A DNA stretch of 64,000 bases. Source: Octopus sinensis. Lineage: Eukaryota. Position numbers and translations under genes: made by a program. Every line of letters starts with the position of its first letter. The first letter of the stretch is position 1. The notes beneath the pieces are model-generated. The model saw only the letters and a list, made by a program, of their open reading frames with translations, ran no database searches and was not told the DNA's origin. Below are positions 49,042 to 62,835 of the stretch, piece after piece. The DNA lies in NCBI RefSeq assembly GCF_006345805.1, contig NC_043008.1, forward strand, positions 79,484,001 through 79,548,000. Reading direction: 5' to 3'.

Positions 49042-50301
49042 CGAGGGGCGTTCAATAAGTAATGCCTCTGACCCACTTGCCATTGTTTGATCTAGCTGAA
49101 ATTTTGCATGTGCAATTATTTATATTTCTATAGATTACGTGGCAAATTACAGCTCCGAACTAATTGTGGTTTCTGATTTACAGGTGTTTGAACTGAGTCA
49201 AGTGGGAAATGGAGCCTGTTGAGTGTCGAGCAGTGATCCGGTTTTTGTATTTGAAATGATGCACACCACAGGAGACTTTTGATGAAATGAAAGTAACTTA
49301 TGGTGATGATGCCCCATCATATGACCTTGTAAAACGCTGGCATCGTGAACTCTGTGGAAACAGCTCCCAGATCTGGTCGCACCCCTTCTGCCATTGATGA
49401 GGCATCTGTCTGTCAAGTTGAGGCTGCCATTTTGAAAGATCGACGCATAACTATTCGCCAAATAGCCCATGAGGTCAAGATTAGTACCGGGTCTGTGGAA
49501 ACTATCATTCATAACCATTTGCATATGCAAAAGGTGTCTGCCAGATGGATTCCCAGGTTGCTCACACTTTTCCAGAAGCAAGAACGCGTCGAGTGCTCGA
49601 GGATGAATTTAGGGATGTGCCAAGAAGATGAGTCAAAATTTTTCAAAAGACTGATTACACAGGATGAGACCTGGGTCCATCACTATGATCCAGAGACCAA
49701 AGCCCAGTCAATGCAGTGGAAGCACCATGACTCACCTCCTCCAAAGAAGGCAAGGGTGCAGCCCTCCGCTGGCAGTCTTCTGGGACCAGGACGGAGTACT
49801 GATGACAAATTTCCTGGCAAAAAGTACCACAATTACAGGAGCCTATCATGCTTCACTTTTGAGGAAATTAAGAGAAGCTATCAAACTCAAGAGCCGGGCA
49901 AGATCAGCAAAGGCATCCTCCTCTTGCAGGACAACGCTCCGGTTCACAACTCGCGTGTCGCCAGATCAGAAGCACAGGCGTGCGGCTATGAACTCTTCCC
50001 CCATCCCCCTACTCTCCTGACCTTGCACCCTCTGATTTTTACCTCTTCCCAGCCATGAAGTTGTTTTTGAAAGGAAAGCGTTTCCCAGATGATGCAGCCT
50101 TGATTTCTGAAGTCACGTCGTGGTTGGAGGACCAAGCTGGGGTCTTCTACAAAAACGGTCTCCAGAGCTGCATCAAAAGATGGGAGAAATGCGTAACTCT
50201 GGGTTGTTCCTATGTAGAAAAAGACTAATAACTGTGCCAAGTTTCGTTGCTCTACTGCTATGGGAAGTGGATCAGGGGCATTACTTATTGAACGCCCCTC
50301 G
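49042..50301 (+). mobile_element. Full-length mariner transposon (D,D34D-type) with an inactivated transposase
   Basis: TIR CGAGGGGCGTTCAATAAGTAATGCC at both ends; TA TSD at 49040-41 and 50302-03; ATG about 49210; WIPRLL, TQDETW, QDNAPVH, YSPDLAPSDF; stops and frameshifts. Confidence 0.95.
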
Positions 50302-50383
50302 TATGTATCTGTACACAAACATGTGTGGATATGTGTTTGTGTATATACATGTGTGCGTGTGTATGTATGTGTATACATGTGTG

Positions 50384-51628
50384 TGTGGATCATCCCATAA
50401 ATAATGCAGCATTTTTCAATTGCATGAACTAAAAGTCAGAGGGTGACAGGATAAACTACCTGCATCAGTTTGCTATAAAAGCAGATAGTAATTTTACCTT
50501 GTACTTATTCTTAGTGCAAGTTTTGAAGAGTACAGTACAATTATAATAGTTATTTTTTCAAATCTATAATGGAAGTGACAAAGGAGCATATTCGGCATAT
50601 TTTGCTTTATGAGTTCAATAAAGGCAACAGAAAGTGCAAGGAATATTAATGCAGTATATGGGGATTGGACAATAAACGTAAGCCAGTGTCAATGGTGTTT
50701 CCAGAAATTTCAAGCCAGAAACTACAGCCTGGAAGATCTGTAGAGCTTGACGAGGACACCCTGTAAACTCCAGTGGAATAAAATCCCATCATAACTGTTG
50801 AGGAACTAGCAGAGAAGCTTGGATCTGATCATTCAACCATTCACTGACACTGTGTGTCATCGGAAAAGTCAGCAAATTGGGCCAGTGGGTTCCTCACAAA
50901 CTTTCCTAGTCTAATCGCCCACAGAGAGTGAATGTGTGCTCTTCTTTGCTGTCACATCTCACAAATGAACCTTTTTTGGACCGAATAGTAATTGGTGATG
51001 AGAAATGGCTTCTCTATAAAAATGTCAAGCACCAAAGACAGAGGGTAGGGAAAGGAGAAACACTGGCACCCCAGGCTAAAAAAGGTCTTCACCCATTATA
51101 AGGTGTTGCTATCTGTTTGGTGGGATATGAAAAGTTTAGCCCACTTTGAACTTTTAAACCCAAACCAAACAATAACAAGGAGATCTACTGCAAGCAGCTT
51201 GAGCAGCTTAAGTCAGCGCTGGAAGAAAAACAATCATCTTTGGTTTCTAGATGAAAAGTGTTTTTCCACCAGGATACTACTCAGCCACATACAATGAGAA
51301 TGGCATTCCAAAGGCTTGAGCAGTTTGAATGGGAAACGATACCCCAGCCACCATCATTGCCAGAGATTACCCCACCTGATTATCATTTATTATGCAGTCT
51401 TCAAAATCATTTGGACAGAAAAATATGAATTCTGTAGACAAGGTCAGAACTATACTGGAGGAGTATTTTTCATCATGGACAAGTGAATTTTGGAAGAAGG
51501 CCCCTGCAAGTCTACCAGATAGATGGAAGAGCATTGTAGAAAATGAAGGAGAGTATACTTTAGATTAAATAAGAACTTTGTTTATCTTAATTTTGAAAAA
51601 TAAAAGAAGTATATGGAATAACCCAATA
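50384..51628 (+). mobile_element. Older degenerate mariner
   Basis: ATG 50569 MEVTKEHIRHILLYEFNKG; WVPHKL, IVIGDEKW, LSVWWD, PDYHL. Right end AACCCAATA; a degraded left TIR near 50384. Confidence 0.85.
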
Positions 51629-51692
51629 TATATGTGTGTGTGTGTACATACATGTGTGATGTGTGTGTGTGTGTGTGGGAGAAAGAAGGAGA

Positions 51693-52347
51693 GAAATGAG
51701 ATAACAAAGGAATAAACCATTATATTATGAACTTCATTAGCTTATAGCTGTTTCTGCAGTGGAATTATAGCTGAGTACCTGAGTAACTGTCTTCCCAATA
51801 GCAACATAAGGATGTGAGACCTGGACACTAAAGAAAGCTGACCAGAAGAGAATTAATGCATTCGAGCTTTGGTGTTGGAGAAGACTTTTACAGATTCCAT
51901 GGACAGCGAGGCTCACCAATGGAGAAGTTCTTAAGTAGATAAGGCCAAAAATGTCACTAGAAGCTAGGATCACCAAGCATAGATTGGCATATTTCGGTCA
52001 CATTATGCAGAGAAAATCCCTGGAGGAGGACATCATGCTCGGAATGGTCAGTGGCAAGAGAGGAAGAGGCCGACCAAGAACCCGCTGGCTTGACACCATC
52101 AAGAGTGATACCAGAATGGACATAGCCAATCTGAAAGAAGCAGCCCAGCATAGAACTGACTGGAGGACACTGATCCGAGTGACCGAGAGTCGACTTCGAC
52201 TGAGCAGATAGATATACCCGAGTAACACCTTATAGCTTCATCAAAGCCTTGAATATGAAGTCAACTCTGAGTCCACTGTATCCTATAGTAGAAACAGCTG
52301 TAAGCTAAAGAAGTTCATTATATAATCATTTATTCCTTTGTCATTTC
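51693..52347. mobile_element. MITE-like inverted repeat (arms about 51693-51757 and 52289-52347) enclosing a LINE insertion
   Basis: ATGAACTTCATTAGCTTATAGCTGTTTCT vs AGAAACAGCTGTAAGCTAAAGAAGTTCAT, plus CAAAGGAATAAA vs TTTATTCCTTTG. Confidence 0.7.
51788..52214 (+). mobile_element. RTE-BovB-like LINE 3' end with TSD
   Basis: GCETWTLKKADQKRINAFELWCWRRLL.IPW...YFGHIM...GKRGRGRP..RWLD. TSD TACC(T/C)GAGTAAC at 51776-87 and 52215-26. Confidence 0.88.
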
Positions 52348-52457
52348 ATTTTCTTATTACCGATCTATACTCTAACACTTCATTCTGAAGAATATGTATA
52401 TAGAGTTCTATACAAGGATATGAATCTTTCAATGCCTAAGCAAAATATATATACATG

Positions 52458-52512
<55 letters not shown>

Positions 52513-52514
52513 AT

Positions 52515-53386
52515 TATCATCATCGTTTAACGTCCATTTTCCATGCTGACATGGGTTTGACTGGGGACTGGCAAGCCAGGAGGCCGCAACTGGCTCCAGT
52601 CTGATCTGGCAATGTTTCTACAGCAGATGACCTTCCTAATCCCAACCACTCCAAGAGTGTAGTAGGTGCTTTTTACGTGCCACCAGCACAGGAGCCAGTC
52701 AGGCAACACCGGCATCAATCACGTTCGGATGGTGCTTTTTACATGCCACTGGCACAAGGAACCAATCAGGCAACACTGGCAATAACCCACACATGAATGG
52801 TGCTTATTGTATTGCATGCCACCAGCACAGGAGCTAGTCAGGTGGCACTAGTATCGGCCACAACTACAATTTCCATTCGAGTGTGATTTGAATTGATTTC
52901 GATTTTGATTTTACTTGACTCAATAGGTCTCCTCAAGCACAGCATGTCACCCGACAATTCAAAGGTACTTTTTAAATGTGCTGGTTATTTGACACTGGTG
53001 TAGGCTATGGCTGTGATCTCATTTTACTTGCTAGATCTTCTCAATCACAGCATGTCTCCAGATGTCTCAGTCTTTCATCATTGCCTCTGTGAGACCCATC
53101 ATTCAACAGTCATGATTCACCACCTTATCTCATGTCTTCCTAGGTCTCCCTCTTCCACGGCTCCCTTCCACTGTTAAGGGGTGACACTTCATCTATACAC
53201 AGCACATGACCATACCAGCACAGTTGTCTCTCTTGCACATCACATCTGATGCTTCTTATGTCCAACATTTCTCTCAGGCCGCTTACACTCTGTTGTGTGT
53301 GCATACTGACATTACTCATCCAGCGGATCATACTAGCTTCATTTCTTTCAAGCCTACATATGTCTTCAGTAGTCACGGCCCATGTT

Positions 53387-53388
<2 letters not shown>
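52515..53388 (-). mobile_element. RTE-clade LINE 3' end: coding tail, long 3' UTR and (GAT)n
   Basis: [22 protein letters not shown]...WYGHV, followed by the abundant 3' UTR repeat. Confidence 0.82.
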
Positions 53389-53425
<37 letters not shown>

Positions 53426-53458
53426 TATATTACTATGATGGTGATGATGCTGATATAC

Positions 53459-53559
<101 letters not shown>

Positions 53560-54005
53560 GTAAAAGCGGTGTTATTGTATGGGGCTGAGACATGGCGAAC
53601 AACAGTTAAGTCAAATAAGCAAATACACTCATTCATCAACAGATGCTTGTGTAGTATACTTAAAATAAGATGGCCCGAACACATAAGCAATATGGAGCTA
53701 TGGCAAAGAACAAATGAAGTTTCGATTAGGGAGCAAATATTTAAGAAAAAGTGGAAGTGGATTGGTAGCACAATTAGGAAAGACACACCAAATGTAGCAA
53801 AAAGTGCTTTACAGTGGAAACCGAATGGATATAGGAGAGGTAGGCCTAAGAACTCATGGCGGAGATCAACACAAAAGGAACTAGATAAAGGGGGACATTC
53901 ACGTCAGAGTATAAGTACAGAAGCCAAAAATTATGTGACATGGAATTCAACCATAAGTGGCCTATACTCCACGTTGGAGGGTTAAAGGCATAAAGAAAAA
54001 AGAAA
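53560..54005 (+). mobile_element. RTE-clade LINE 3' end (different family)
   Basis: [11 protein letters not shown]...FINRCL.SILKIRWP..ISN.ELW...WKWIG...ALQWKP.G.RRGRPKNSWRRS. Confidence 0.85.
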
Positions 54006-54090
54006 GAAAATAGCGAAAATGGCTTGAGAATGAAAATAGCGAAAATGGCTTGAGAATAGAAATAACGAAAATGGCTTGAGAATGGAAATA
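54006..54090. repeat. 26-bp tandem repeat, 3 copies
   Basis: GAAAATAGCGAAAATGGCTTGAGAAT repeated. Confidence 0.9.
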
Positions 54091-55786
54091 ATTTGTACTT
54101 TATTAATGCATTGCAACATATATTTCTGCATACTACATGTTTATTTGCAACTATACTCTCACATCCATAGGATATAATTAGATATTATTATTAATATATC
54201 TATGGATCTTGTGTATATCTTTATTCTATGTGTATGCATCATCAGGTATTTTGACATTAATGGTGTTTTCTGAACTGATGTTTATATTTAAAGACATTTA
54301 CCATTATACACCAATCAGGAAACTCCATTAGATTTTTTGGGCAGTGCTTGTGAATCACCATAACTTATGAAAGAGAGAGATATAAAGACAAAGGAAAAAG
54401 GGAGAAAAAAATAACATTGGGTACTGCTTGCTAATAGGAAAAAGGAAGAAAGAGGAAAGAAAGCAACATGAAGAAACACATTAGATTTGACCAAGGGATT
54501 CAGAACCCCTCCTCAACCCAAGTGCTTCACTAATGATTAGACAGGCATGTAAATTATAAAGGCCAAAGTCTCGTTTTGACACTATCAGTTTCAAAACAAT
54601 ATACTAAGATGCTAGAGGTGATAAAGTTCACATTAAGAGTGGTGTGATTAATTATCATTTACCACACTCTGCTGTGCTACCAGGCACTATCTTCTTAAAG
54701 GGGTGTACTCTCTGTTCACAGTTCTTGTATTCCATTTATTGACGCTCACTGTTTTCATTATTCTCATTAAATCACCTCTGTCATATATCAATATATTTCA
54801 GTTAGATAATATATTATACCTACATTAGTATGCATATAATTTATACTGATATCCATGATAATTACAATCCATCATGCTCATATAAGTTTGTAATGACATT
54901 ATTCTATATTAAAGATTATTACACACATGTGAGTGAGAACACTTTGAGATATTTTTGGTATCTAACATATGTCAGATACTGCGAGCGCTGCTTCTGATTG
55001 GTCATTCATAAGTTACAACTAAACTTCATTCATTACTTTCATGAGCAGGTAGAATGTAGCCATGTAATTAAACAAACATACTATCTTTTTTATACCAGAT
55101 ATCACTTAAAGTCATATACACATAAAATATAAACATTTCTGGTGGTAATTCAATTTTTTGTTGCCAAAAAAATCACAACATATTTCGTCTGCTCGTCGAT
55201 ACTCTTGCAGTGCAGGTAGATCTATCAACAAGATGGCTACTGTTGTCGATATCAAGGTGAATGATTTTGTTAAGATTGATGGTAAAGATGGGGGAAGAGT
55301 GTTATCCATTGTTCAACCTCTTGGAACATACAGAATGTTCAAAGTGAAGATCAATACTGGCCAAGTTCGACATGGGGGAACAATCAATGTGAACTTCTTT
55401 GGTTCAGATGCAAAGCGACCTCGTCTCGCAGATAATGAGGACTGTTAAGTTTTACTGGACTGCATGGACTGTTGTGCTCTACTCTGACTGACATTGCTAC
55501 TCGAAAACAGGTTTGAGTATTATTAAAGTTATTGAAGATTCAATCTGTGTTATGTATTTCTTGAACGTGAACTTGAATGTTAACAAAATGTTAAACAGTC
55601 ATCAGTTATCAGTCATTTCACCTGAAAACTTACTGCTATAAAGTCGGACTATCTTCCTGCAGCATGACATCTTTTACAGTTACACATTGTGACGTCACTG
55701 ACGTGAAATGTGCGCTTCAACACGATGTGAAGAATTTAGTTATTGGGTTAATAAAATATGGTCGTTTATTCGAGTATAATAAATAA

Positions 55787-55876
55787 AATACCAAACTCAT
55801 TCCCTATGGATACCATATTTATTACAACTCGTGGCTTGTAATAAATACGGTATCCATAGGGAACTCGTTTGGTATT
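55787..55876. repeat. Long hairpin: 41-nt arms with 37 pairs and an 8-nt loop
   Basis: AATACCAAAC-TCA-TTCCCTATGGATACC-A-TATTTATTACAA [CTCGTGGC] TTGTAATAAATA-C-GGTATCCATAGGGAA-CTC-GTTTGGTATT. Confidence 0.9.
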
Positions 55877-56797
55877 CTCTCTTTCTCTTTGTTTGCTCAT
55901 GTTCACAAGTTCATCCAAGAATAATTATTGATTTTTTCAGAAGATTTATTCAAGTTCCATGAAGGAATTCTTTAATTTAGGTATGCATGACAAAACTACT
56001 ATTTCCAAGCATTTATTAACTATTTATTCTTTCCAGAGAATAGATTCTAAGGTTTCTTCTAAGCTTAAGTTGCAGACCCATGATATTGCATCGTAGGGTT
56101 TAGCATTTTTTATTATGGACCATTTTGATGTATATTCTTTTCCACTTCACTTCAACCTACATATGAGGTTTGCTAATGAGGAGCAGTGACTCTTATTTTC
56201 TTCAGAAAAAGATGCAATATGATTTTTCAGACAGCCTTTCATCATGTCTATCATTGCACCAATGTACGCAAATGTTTGTGCACCTGTTTGTACATCACAT
56301 TAATAAATAACATTCTGTCCCATGCAATTGTTTTAAAATTTACATTCACTCTTACACCCACAGTTGCATCTATTGAGTCATTTTTCATGCTTCTGTCCTC
56401 TTTTTCCATGCCTTTCTTTTCATTGTCCACTGCGCCATTCCTAAGTTGCAAGAAGTTTCACATATATAGCCATCCTATAGGATTACTCTGGAGGACAAGA
56501 ATAACCAGCAATAGTCAACAACAAACATAGGAGGTTTTACGAGCTCATTCTGAAGTATTTGGCCTGAACAAATTATAAGGATAAAGATATATAGAGCATC
56601 AGCATCATCATCATCTTCATCATCAAATGTCCGTTTTCCATGCTGGTGTATATATATATATGTATGTAAATATGTATTGTGTGTGGGAAAGTATACATGT
56701 GTATCAATGTACCCATGTATATGTAGTATTTACATACACATGAGTATATGTATGCACATGCATACGTCTGTGTGTGTTTCTATATATGTATATATAT

Positions 56798-56885
<88 letters not shown>

Positions 56886-57074
56886 TGTATGTGTGTGTGT
56901 ACATATGTGTGTGCACACACAACAGCATGAATTTTTGGCTATCTTAAAAAAACACATGCAGGCATTTGTGCATACATGTCTGTGTTAGTGTATGTGTATG
57001 AGTCTGCATGCAGGTACATGTTTTCATACATTACCTGTGTGTGCACATATGCAAAACAAAAATGAATGCATATG

Positions 57075-57960
<886 letters not shown>

Positions 57961-58479
57961 GCAGGATTTCTGTCAGGTAAACAATGTAGACTGGTACTAC
58001 CTGCAGCATTCTGAAGAAAATAATAATGTTGCATGAAAGAAAAAAATCTCAACAACATTTTAAAGGCAATCAAAATTAATTGAATTCAAAGTGAATACAA
58101 AAAGAATGCTAAGAAGAGATATAATCTAAGAAGATCTATTTTTGTATTTAACTCTTGGTGACATCAGTGGATAATGAAAGAATAAAATATAAACCCAAGA
58201 ATTCTATGTTACAACAATTAGAAACAGAGATTTTATGTCATGACAATTATCTGTTAATTAAATATAGTAAACGTTTTTAGAAGAATTATGCTGGTCATAT
58301 AACATATGAAAACAATTATATTTAAGAATTGAAATATTTAAATGTCTTTCAAATTTTGTGGCAACATTTTATTATAAAATTCCCATTGAAAATTAATAAA
58401 ACTAATTTAGAAGTAATTATATAATACATTTTTCAAGGCAAAGATCACATGTAGAATTGCCAATACTGTACAATGTGTG

Positions 58480-58806
58480 TAATTATTAATGGACCATTTT
58501 ATTGTTTTCATCTTTTAAATCACAAATACATTTACTAAGATTTTTTAAATTAGCTTTTCTTCTATACTTAAAAGAATGAGAATGATTGTGAAATCTAGAT
58601 TTCCAAATTGTAGCAGATGAACCTATGTAATAATACTTACAATCCCCTGTTGTTGCACTGATGGACTGTATTTTTCCTAAACATTGATTTTCTAAATAGC
58701 AAACAGTTTTGTTTGTACAATTACACGAGCAATTATTCACTTGTATTTGGTACTCATGGTTAAAAGAATTCCTACTAGTCCTCTTGGAATTAGGTGTTAA
58801 GGTAGG

Positions 58807-58861
<55 letters not shown>

Positions 58862-59200
58862 TATTATTATTATTATTATTATTAATATTAAAACAGTCTG
58901 TTAACTGTATTGTCAGAATAGGAATTACTTTTACTCAAAGAATCGAAATGTAGTGCAGGAAAATTATCATTAGAGTTAATTTCACAATACACATTATCGG
59001 TTTTACTCCTGTTCATAGATTTTGAGTTGAGATATTCTTCAATTCTTTGATTATTGTGTGCTGTTTTAATCTCAGCTAAATTTCTAGTGGTTAAATATGA
59101 AATCTTTTTTACTATGGTAAATAAATAATTTCCCATATTTACTTGAAGGTGGGAAATACTTAGCTCATGCAGCAAAGAATTTTCAAGGAATACTGGTAAT
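58480..59200 (-). pseudogene. Decayed PLE GIY-YIG and linker remnant, similar in type to 38147-38785
   Basis: CSCNCTNKTVCYLENQCL...YYIGSSAT.WKSRFHNH.HSF...LSK.I.DLK. Confidence 0.7.
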
Positions 59201-59365
59201 TATTAAATATGTGAATGGTACATTATACCAAATAATATTGATTTATTCTTTCTATTATTTTTATATATGCTTTTCTTAGTATTAACATTATTAACATTGA
59301 CTTTTTCCTACTATAATTTCTATTCTTAAGTTTTATTATTATTAGTGTTATGATTATTATTATTA

Positions 59366-61048
59366 CTTTTTTTTTTCTTCTTTCAAATTTGCTTCCATTT
59401 CTTGCCGAGTGTCTTCCCGACTCCTAGGGCAAAGAAACTCATAGTATACATTGGTAGGCCATTAAACCAAACTCAATAGTTCGTTCATTTTTTTTTTTTT
59501 TTTTTTTAAGTTAAATTAAAATACATGAGCAGCAACAGTTCTCACATCGACAATGCTCTTCTCAATACGTGTGATGTACCAGTTAAGACAATCTTTTGCA
59601 CTTCTTGCAGGGATGGTAAGCCAGGGATCATTCTCATATAATTTTCGGTTCCCTTCTTGATCATTCCTAGTGCTCCTACGATCACTGGTATTGTAACCGC
59701 CTTGAGATGCCACATTTTCTCAATTTCAATGAGTAGGTCTTTATATTTTCTGAGCTTGTCAAACTCTTTCGCTGAGATATTATGATCACAGGGGATGCTC
59801 ATGTCGATCAATAAGCAAACTTTATTGTTTTGGTCTTTCACAACAATATCTGGTTTATTGGCCTTGATGGTTCGGTCTGTATGTACTGGAAAGTCCCACA
59901 GAATGGTTACATTTTCTCCTTCAGTTACAGCCTCAGGGTGGTGATTATACCACTTGTCGGCAGTTTTGATATTGTAATGCCGACTTATTAGCCAGTGGAG
60001 ATATTGGCCAACTCTGTCATGTCTTAATTTATACTCCACTGGTACTAAGACTTTACATCCAGAGATTAGGTGGTCCACTGTTTCAATCATGTCGTTGCAG
60101 AATCAGCATTTTGGGTCTGCTCCATTTTTCATCACATTGGCCTGGTAGTTCCGGGTTAATAGGCTTTGATCTTGAGCAGCCAGGATGAAACCTTCGCTCT
60201 CTGCTTTTAGCCCTGAGCTCCGTAGCCACTGATGGGTTTGCTTCTGGTCAACATCAGCTTGTTTGCTGCGGGTCACATATTTGCCGTGCAGAGGTTTCTC
60301 CTCCCACCTATCAGCCAATTGCTCGTGCGCTTTTTTCGTTGCCATCATTTTCACCTTCTTTGCAACAATAGTTGCCGTACTTCCCTCGGGTTGTTCAGTT
60401 TGGGTATCCTGCAAATTTTTTGCTTTCCTTTATAATAGAATGAAGCTTCTTTCGTCTGTCGTGATTTTCCACGAGCTTTAGCATCCAGTCATTCGATATT
60501 TCGAGATATTTGACCAGTCCAATTGTGGTTGTTTTGTAAGCTAGTTCAAATTGGATCAGGCCTCGACCTCCTTGGGCTCTGGGAAGGTAAAGGCGATCTA
60601 CGTCTGCCTTTGGGTGGTGCATCCTATTACAACTCAGCAGCTTGCGTATTTTCCTATCTATATTCTTTACTTCACTCATATTCCAGTTCAACACATTGTA
60701 GCTATAAGTAACAACTGGAACTGCTAAGGAATTTATAGCTAACACCTTGTTACGTGCATTTAGTTCAGATTTCAGGACTGCACGAACTCTCCTATAACAT
60801 TCCTTCCTGATCTCTTTCATGCTTGTATGCTGAATACCAGAGCCTTCATTTATCCCTAAATATTTGTATGTTTGTTCTTGCTCAAGCTCTCTTATGACTG
60901 TGTCAACATCTAACACGACTGAATTTGTGGTCTTCACTTTCCCTTTCTGGAAAGTGGCCTTGGCACACTTCTCAAGTCCAAACTCCATCCCGATGTCATC
61001 GCTGAATGCTTTCACGGTGCGCAATAGGCCTTCAAGTTCATTATTGTC

Positions 61049-61051
<3 letters not shown>
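59366..61051 (-). mobile_element. R4/Dong-clade RLE LINE, 5'-truncated, flanked by (TAA)n
   Basis: FSDDIGMEFGLEKC, YKYLG, GGRGL, PLHGKY, EGFILAAQDQ, CRFC...HLISGC, RHD, KPDIVV...LIDMSIP...K..KY, GALG. The 3' UTR ends in an A-rich stretch then TAATAATAATAAT. Confidence 0.92.
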
Positions 61052-61098
<47 letters not shown>

Positions 61099-61108
61099 CA
61101 TTATCATT

Positions 61109-61320
61109 AAGGTAGTGAACTGGCAAAATTGTTAGCAAGCTGGACAAAATGCTTGACTGTATTTCACCTGTTATTACTTTCTGACTTCAAATACTACCAA
61201 AGTCAACTTTGCCTTTCATCCTTTCAGGGTCAATAAATTCAGTGAAAGTCAAGCACTGGGGTTGATGTAATTGACTATCCCCCAACCCACAAATTCCAGG
61301 CCTTGTGCCTATAGTAGAAA
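61109..61320 (+). mobile_element. tRNA-derived SINE with a GCCTTTCATCCTTTC.GGGTC.ATAAA central block
   Basis: A/B-box-like head (CTGGCAAAATTGTTAG, GACTTCAAATAC), a conserved central block and a (GAT)/(TTA) tail. Confidence 0.65.
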
Positions 61321-61359
61321 TGATGATGATGATGATGATGATTATGATTATTATTATTA

Positions 61360-61391
<32 letters not shown>

Positions 61392-61399
61392 TATTATTA

Positions 61400-61466
<67 letters not shown>

Positions 61467-61544
61467 CTTATATCAACCATATATTTAGTATCTACAGAGA
61501 TATATTATTTCAATGTTACTATGGGATCCAGTAACTTGACTCAA

Positions 61545-61790
61545 CTGATTTAATGGGTATTTATATTCTTAATTGTATACATAGTGAATTTCCTGAATTA
61601 GTGGGTGATTATATAGAGATGACACTATTCAATATATATAGATCTAATAAGGTTAATTTAGAAAGGTCCAGAAAAAATCTTTTCAAATTCTTTAAATGTT
61701 TCAATCCTTCTATCTCAATACAAAATGATTATACTAAGATTAACTTCCTTGATGTTACTTTGGATATATGTACTAAATATAAGTTCTGGA
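61545..61790 (+). pseudogene. Decayed PLE RT fragment
   Basis: VGIYILN.I...F..LVG...LERSRKNLFKFFK.F..SI.I...KINFLDVTLD. Confidence 0.65.
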
Positions 61791-61938
61791 TATATGTTCC
61801 ATCTAAGTGTGTGATGATGTATGTAAATGTGTATGTGGATATGAATTTATGTATGTGTGTGTATATATAGGTATGTGTGTATATATGTTTATATTTTTAT
61901 GAATGTACATGTGTGTATGTATATATATATATATATGC

Positions 61939-61970
<32 letters not shown>

Positions 61971-62835
61971 TTGAAAGAATGAGTAGAGATAGTTTTTTTG
62001 AGGAGATAATTTTTATTTTAATAATAATGTTTACAGTGAATTACTCTGATATGAGTTTCAAGCTTCAAGTACCTGTTTCCAAATTGAAAAAAATGTATGT
62101 TTTAGGGGTTGCTTAAATAGCAAAAGATTTTTTCTTACAAGTATCATCATCATCATTTAACGTCCACTTTCTATGCTAGCATGGGTTGGACGATTTTGAC
62201 TGAGGGCTGGTAAGCCAGATGACTGCACCAGGCTCCAATCTTGATATGGCAGAGTTTCTACAGCTAGATGCCCTTCCTAACGCCAACCACTCCGAGAGTG
62301 TAGTGGGTGCTTTTTACCGGCACGGGGGCCAGTCAGGCAGTACTGGTAATGACCTCGCTCGAATCTTTTTACACATGCCACCGGCACAGGTGTCAGTGAA
62401 GCGACGTTGGTAACGATCACGCTCGAATGGTGCCCTTGTACGTGCCACGGGTACAAAAGCCAGTCGGCTGCTCTGGCAACGATCATGCTCGGATGGTGGG
62501 GTACGGAAGCCAGTTGGTTGCTCTGGCAACGATCACGCTCGGATGGTGCTCTTGGCATGAGTGCCAGTAAGGCAACGCTGGTAACAATCATACTCAAATA
62601 GCCGCTCTGTTAACGATCACACTCGTATGGTGATCTTTGCACCCCACTAGCACAGATGCCAGTCATCGAATTGATTTTGATTTGATTTTGATTTTGATTT
62701 CACTTCCCTCGACAGGTCTTCGCAAGCAGGGTTTAGTGACATACAAAAAAAATACACAGAAAGAGAAAATATAAAAAATTAAAATTATCTATTTATAAAT
62801 TTATAAAATTATCTATTTATAAATTTATAAAATTA

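Noticed and set aside
54006-54090. Short direct repeats resembling a CRISPR array (also the 24-bp repeat at about 62775-62835 and the units in RTE UTRs)
   Set aside because: There are no unique spacers and no cas genes, and the context is eukaryotic; these are plain tandem repeats.
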